DNA from: Candidatus Latescibacterota bacterium | Lineage (GTDB): Bacteria > Latescibacterota > UBA2968 > UBA8231 | Length of the DNA stretch: 64,000 nt | Assembly (NCBI GenBank): GCA_965200315.1 | Contig: OZ241362.1 | Location: 3,616,001-3,680,000 of the forward strand | Direction: 5' to 3' | Shown here: positions 62,901 to 64,000 of the stretch, piece by piece | Layout of the letters: every line of letters begins with the position of its first letter | Numbering within the stretch: position 1 is the first letter of the stretch | Made by a program: the position numbers and the translations under genes | The notes under the pieces: generated by a model | What the model was told of the DNA's origin: nothing | Database searches by the model: none | What the model saw: the letters and a program-made list of their open reading frames with translations, nothing else

Positions 62901-62914
62901 CTGTGGCCTACTAG
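59903..62914 (+). CDS. Large secreted protein with discoidin-like modules and C-terminal FlgD-Ig/CTD-like domain
   Basis: AGGAGG RBS, signal peptide; NILDADPTTFW, IDLGR; PNPFTPNGDGIND...RIYTLDGRRV...WDG......VPPGLY. Confidence 0.82.
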   Translation: MRLLAFLVICLAPLAAAHAQKGHRVTSRSVVVNRAAHWHNWQLPIHAVKVSPDGVVEPHFFRAHFNLLDDLQTFTRPIPELRRRRNQTAILNIDSTQTRDVKGEIIADRKGNPIYSYFFRPGISRVGSNAAAAANILDADPTTFWEPDPQAPIDDWWIEIDLGRVVAVDSLVIHFVEEELGDPFFQFRVLAAPDQEPVQENADKITFERIAHTKAPNRDQRTFRIGLEQLNADSDWQGKMVQTIRIVASDTRGEHGERIGEAEWQALPADERGAIVHFIRDEQGFEEPVERAVYESLDPQRQGRLDYYRRERPRLAGIEVYGFGDNISSGLVAGGGHLDLTGDGFLPGPAFDADFNTSFLHLVWSPTIDRGVLTVDMGASFWLDAMRISSARPQPFIDGYLIRGSDGSRDTRGKIKWVRLSPRAREDNSSDRFEHIVDTYAPSPKLRFLEMSIISSDPRRRGGYNTGPTIAEYQLFSTGYPAQVELTSDLIALPGVRNFGAITYEAETPPGTTVAIRTRTGDLLGKAIRYFDKTGNEITYDAWKNLLGSFKGPADTTFVPTSGWSPWSRAYQQPGDIVTSPGLRKFMQFQVEMITTDREAAASIRSLAVELLNPVAERIAAELWPASVEVAGERETFDVFAQPYFIESPAASRSAGFNEILLTMPASEALELLEFGLGSPDGEKVFRPGAERGVFTASDQTQAALLANGGDSIWVRLDDALNILPAASRTYNRITLEGEEVPVTQDGLPLTAAAYGTLDEDERGAIRYFRRNGEQISEIDQTSYRDLPGEEQGPVRYFRILRGDGAQFPFDAHGDSLDSRTYNRLSASLRGIVTGPGQRFRLRLSAPVFLNGTTLRLFVRHAASADAEVAWQAVEEGNADEGVASNTLSVNVPIDGDLLHGLAVGPNPFTPNGDGINDAAEISLDIFKLTSSRRLQVRIYTLDGRRVWQREEMVLSGRTTVRWDGVDDRDRRVPPGLYLCQVQLDADAAQQATTQARIIAVAY

Positions 62915-62951
62915 TTATTGCTGGAACACCTAGGGCCGATTACCATTGAGC

Positions 62952-63019
62952 ATTAGGAATTAGAGTTTGCCAATCAGCATGAATTAGGAGACGGTTGGGT
63001 ACATTCGTAATTCCTAATT
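62952..63019. repeat. Inverted heptamer-derived repeat
   Basis: ATTAGGAATTA (62952-62962) / TAATTCCTAAT (63008-63018). Confidence 0.55.
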
Positions 63020-63034
63020 GAAGGAGGGATTGCA

Positions 63035-64000
63035 GTGAACCGGAAATGGATGTTCTGGACGGCAATAGCCGTTTTGTGGCTCGGCAGTGCTGCTGCCGAA
63101 GCCCAAGAATACGGAGCGCGCATCGGCACCGTCAAAAAGGGCGGGGTGGTTTCCTTTGAGCCGCAGGGGCCGGGCGTCCTGTTCGGTGCCCTCGACCCGG
63201 CCAAGCGCCGGTGGTACGTGCCGCAGGAGCTTTTTAACGAATACCAGTGGCGTCAGTGGGAATACTCCAACTATGCCCGCGATCACTACCAGCGCTACGT
63301 CAGCGCCATCCGCGAAGGCGATTACTACTACGACCTCTACGGCAACCTCATCACCCGAGGCTGGCTGGTTTTCAACAACTCACAGACCCAACCCCGGCAG
63401 TTTGGCTCTTCGGTGCTGAAGTCCAGCAATTTCGATCGCTGGTTTAGCGGCGTGGTCATCTCGGCCGACTCCAAGGGCCAGCACCACTACGCCCTGACGG
63501 CCGGCACCAAGATTCGCTCGACCCTGACGCCGATGACCTTTTCCAAGCCGCGCTGGGACGGCATTCAATTCGACTACGCGGCCGACAAATACCAAGGCAC
63601 CCTGATCTACTCGCGCATCAGCCGCCCCGGCGGCACGTCGACCAACGATCAAGAGAGCTTGGTCACCAACGCCACATCCATGTTCGGCAGCCGCGCCACC
63701 GCGCAGGTGGGCGATTTCGCCACCGTGGGGCTGACCATGGTCAACGCCCACCAGTCCAACACCCTCATTGACGGCTTTACCGGCAACCCCTTCACCGGCG
63801 AGCTATCGGTCGATCAAAACCAGACCGTCTCGATCATCGAAGTCGTCTTGCGCGACGACAGCCCCGAGGACGGCGTCGGCGGCGCGGCCTTCTTCAGCGC
63901 CGGTTCGGACATCATCATCACTTATCTCGACGGCACGCAAGACAACGGCAAGGCCATTCGCTTTGAGCCGATCGTCGAGGGCGGCCTCGTGGGAGAAGGC
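63035..64000 (+). CDS. Large secreted protein, 5' part only (not in the ORF track)
   Basis: AGGAGG RBS, GTG; MNRKWMFWTAIAVLWLGSAAAEAQEYGARIG...WYVPQELFNEYQWRQWEYSNYARDHYQRYV...YDLYGNLITRGW; no stop noticed before the window end. Confidence 0.8.
   Translation, partial: MNRKWMFWTAIAVLWLGSAAAEAQEYGARIGTVKKGGVVSFEPQGPGVLFGALDPAKRRWYVPQELFNEYQWRQWEYSNYARDHYQRYVSAIREGDYYYDLYGNLITRGWLVFNNSQTQPRQFGSSVLKSSNFDRWFSGVVISADSKGQHHYALTAGTKIRSTLTPMTFSKPRWDGIQFDYAADKYQGTLIYSRISRPGGTSTNDQESLVTNATSMFGSRATAQVGDFATVGLTMVNAHQSNTLIDGFTGNPFTGELSVDQNQTVSIIEVVLRDDSPEDGVGGAAFFSAGSDIIITYLDGTQDNGKAIRFEPIVEGGLVGEG

Overview
GC-rich bacterial chromosomal window with no rRNA, tRNA, CRISPR array, intact transposase or prophage recognised. 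The gene content (two DUF6785/DUF6784-like membrane proteins, CRTAC1/ASPIC, FlgD-Ig-tailed giant secreted proteins, PhyH dioxygenases, a BMC operon) suggests a Latescibacterota/Poribacteria-like organism; this is an inference. Left to right: the start of a bacterial microcompartment operon (aldehyde dehydrogenase, EutN, PduL, two shell genes, a Cys-rich cargo-like protein) next to an FAH-family hydrolase and a rhamnose mutarotase; a ~420-nt, highly base-paired unit between a promoter and a terminator (candidate large ncRNA) followed by a small HTH gene; an M28-peptidase/AAC(3) fusion; infA, class I lysS, yhbY, comEC; an E1a/E1b/E2 dehydrogenase operon whose E2 lacks the catalytic His; ahcY with a riboswitch-like leader; mnmA, nth; many catabolic enzymes and a sugar ABC transporter; and a large envelope locus running off the right end. 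The clearest sequence-level surprise is five 24-bp palindromic elements inserted in frame in one TPR gene, with an empty paralogous site in the same gene. Intergenic regions hold at least six decayed toxin-antitoxin or nuclease relics, most absent from the ORF track, and several MITE/REP-like repeats. Family assignments come from motif recognition by eye, not database searches.
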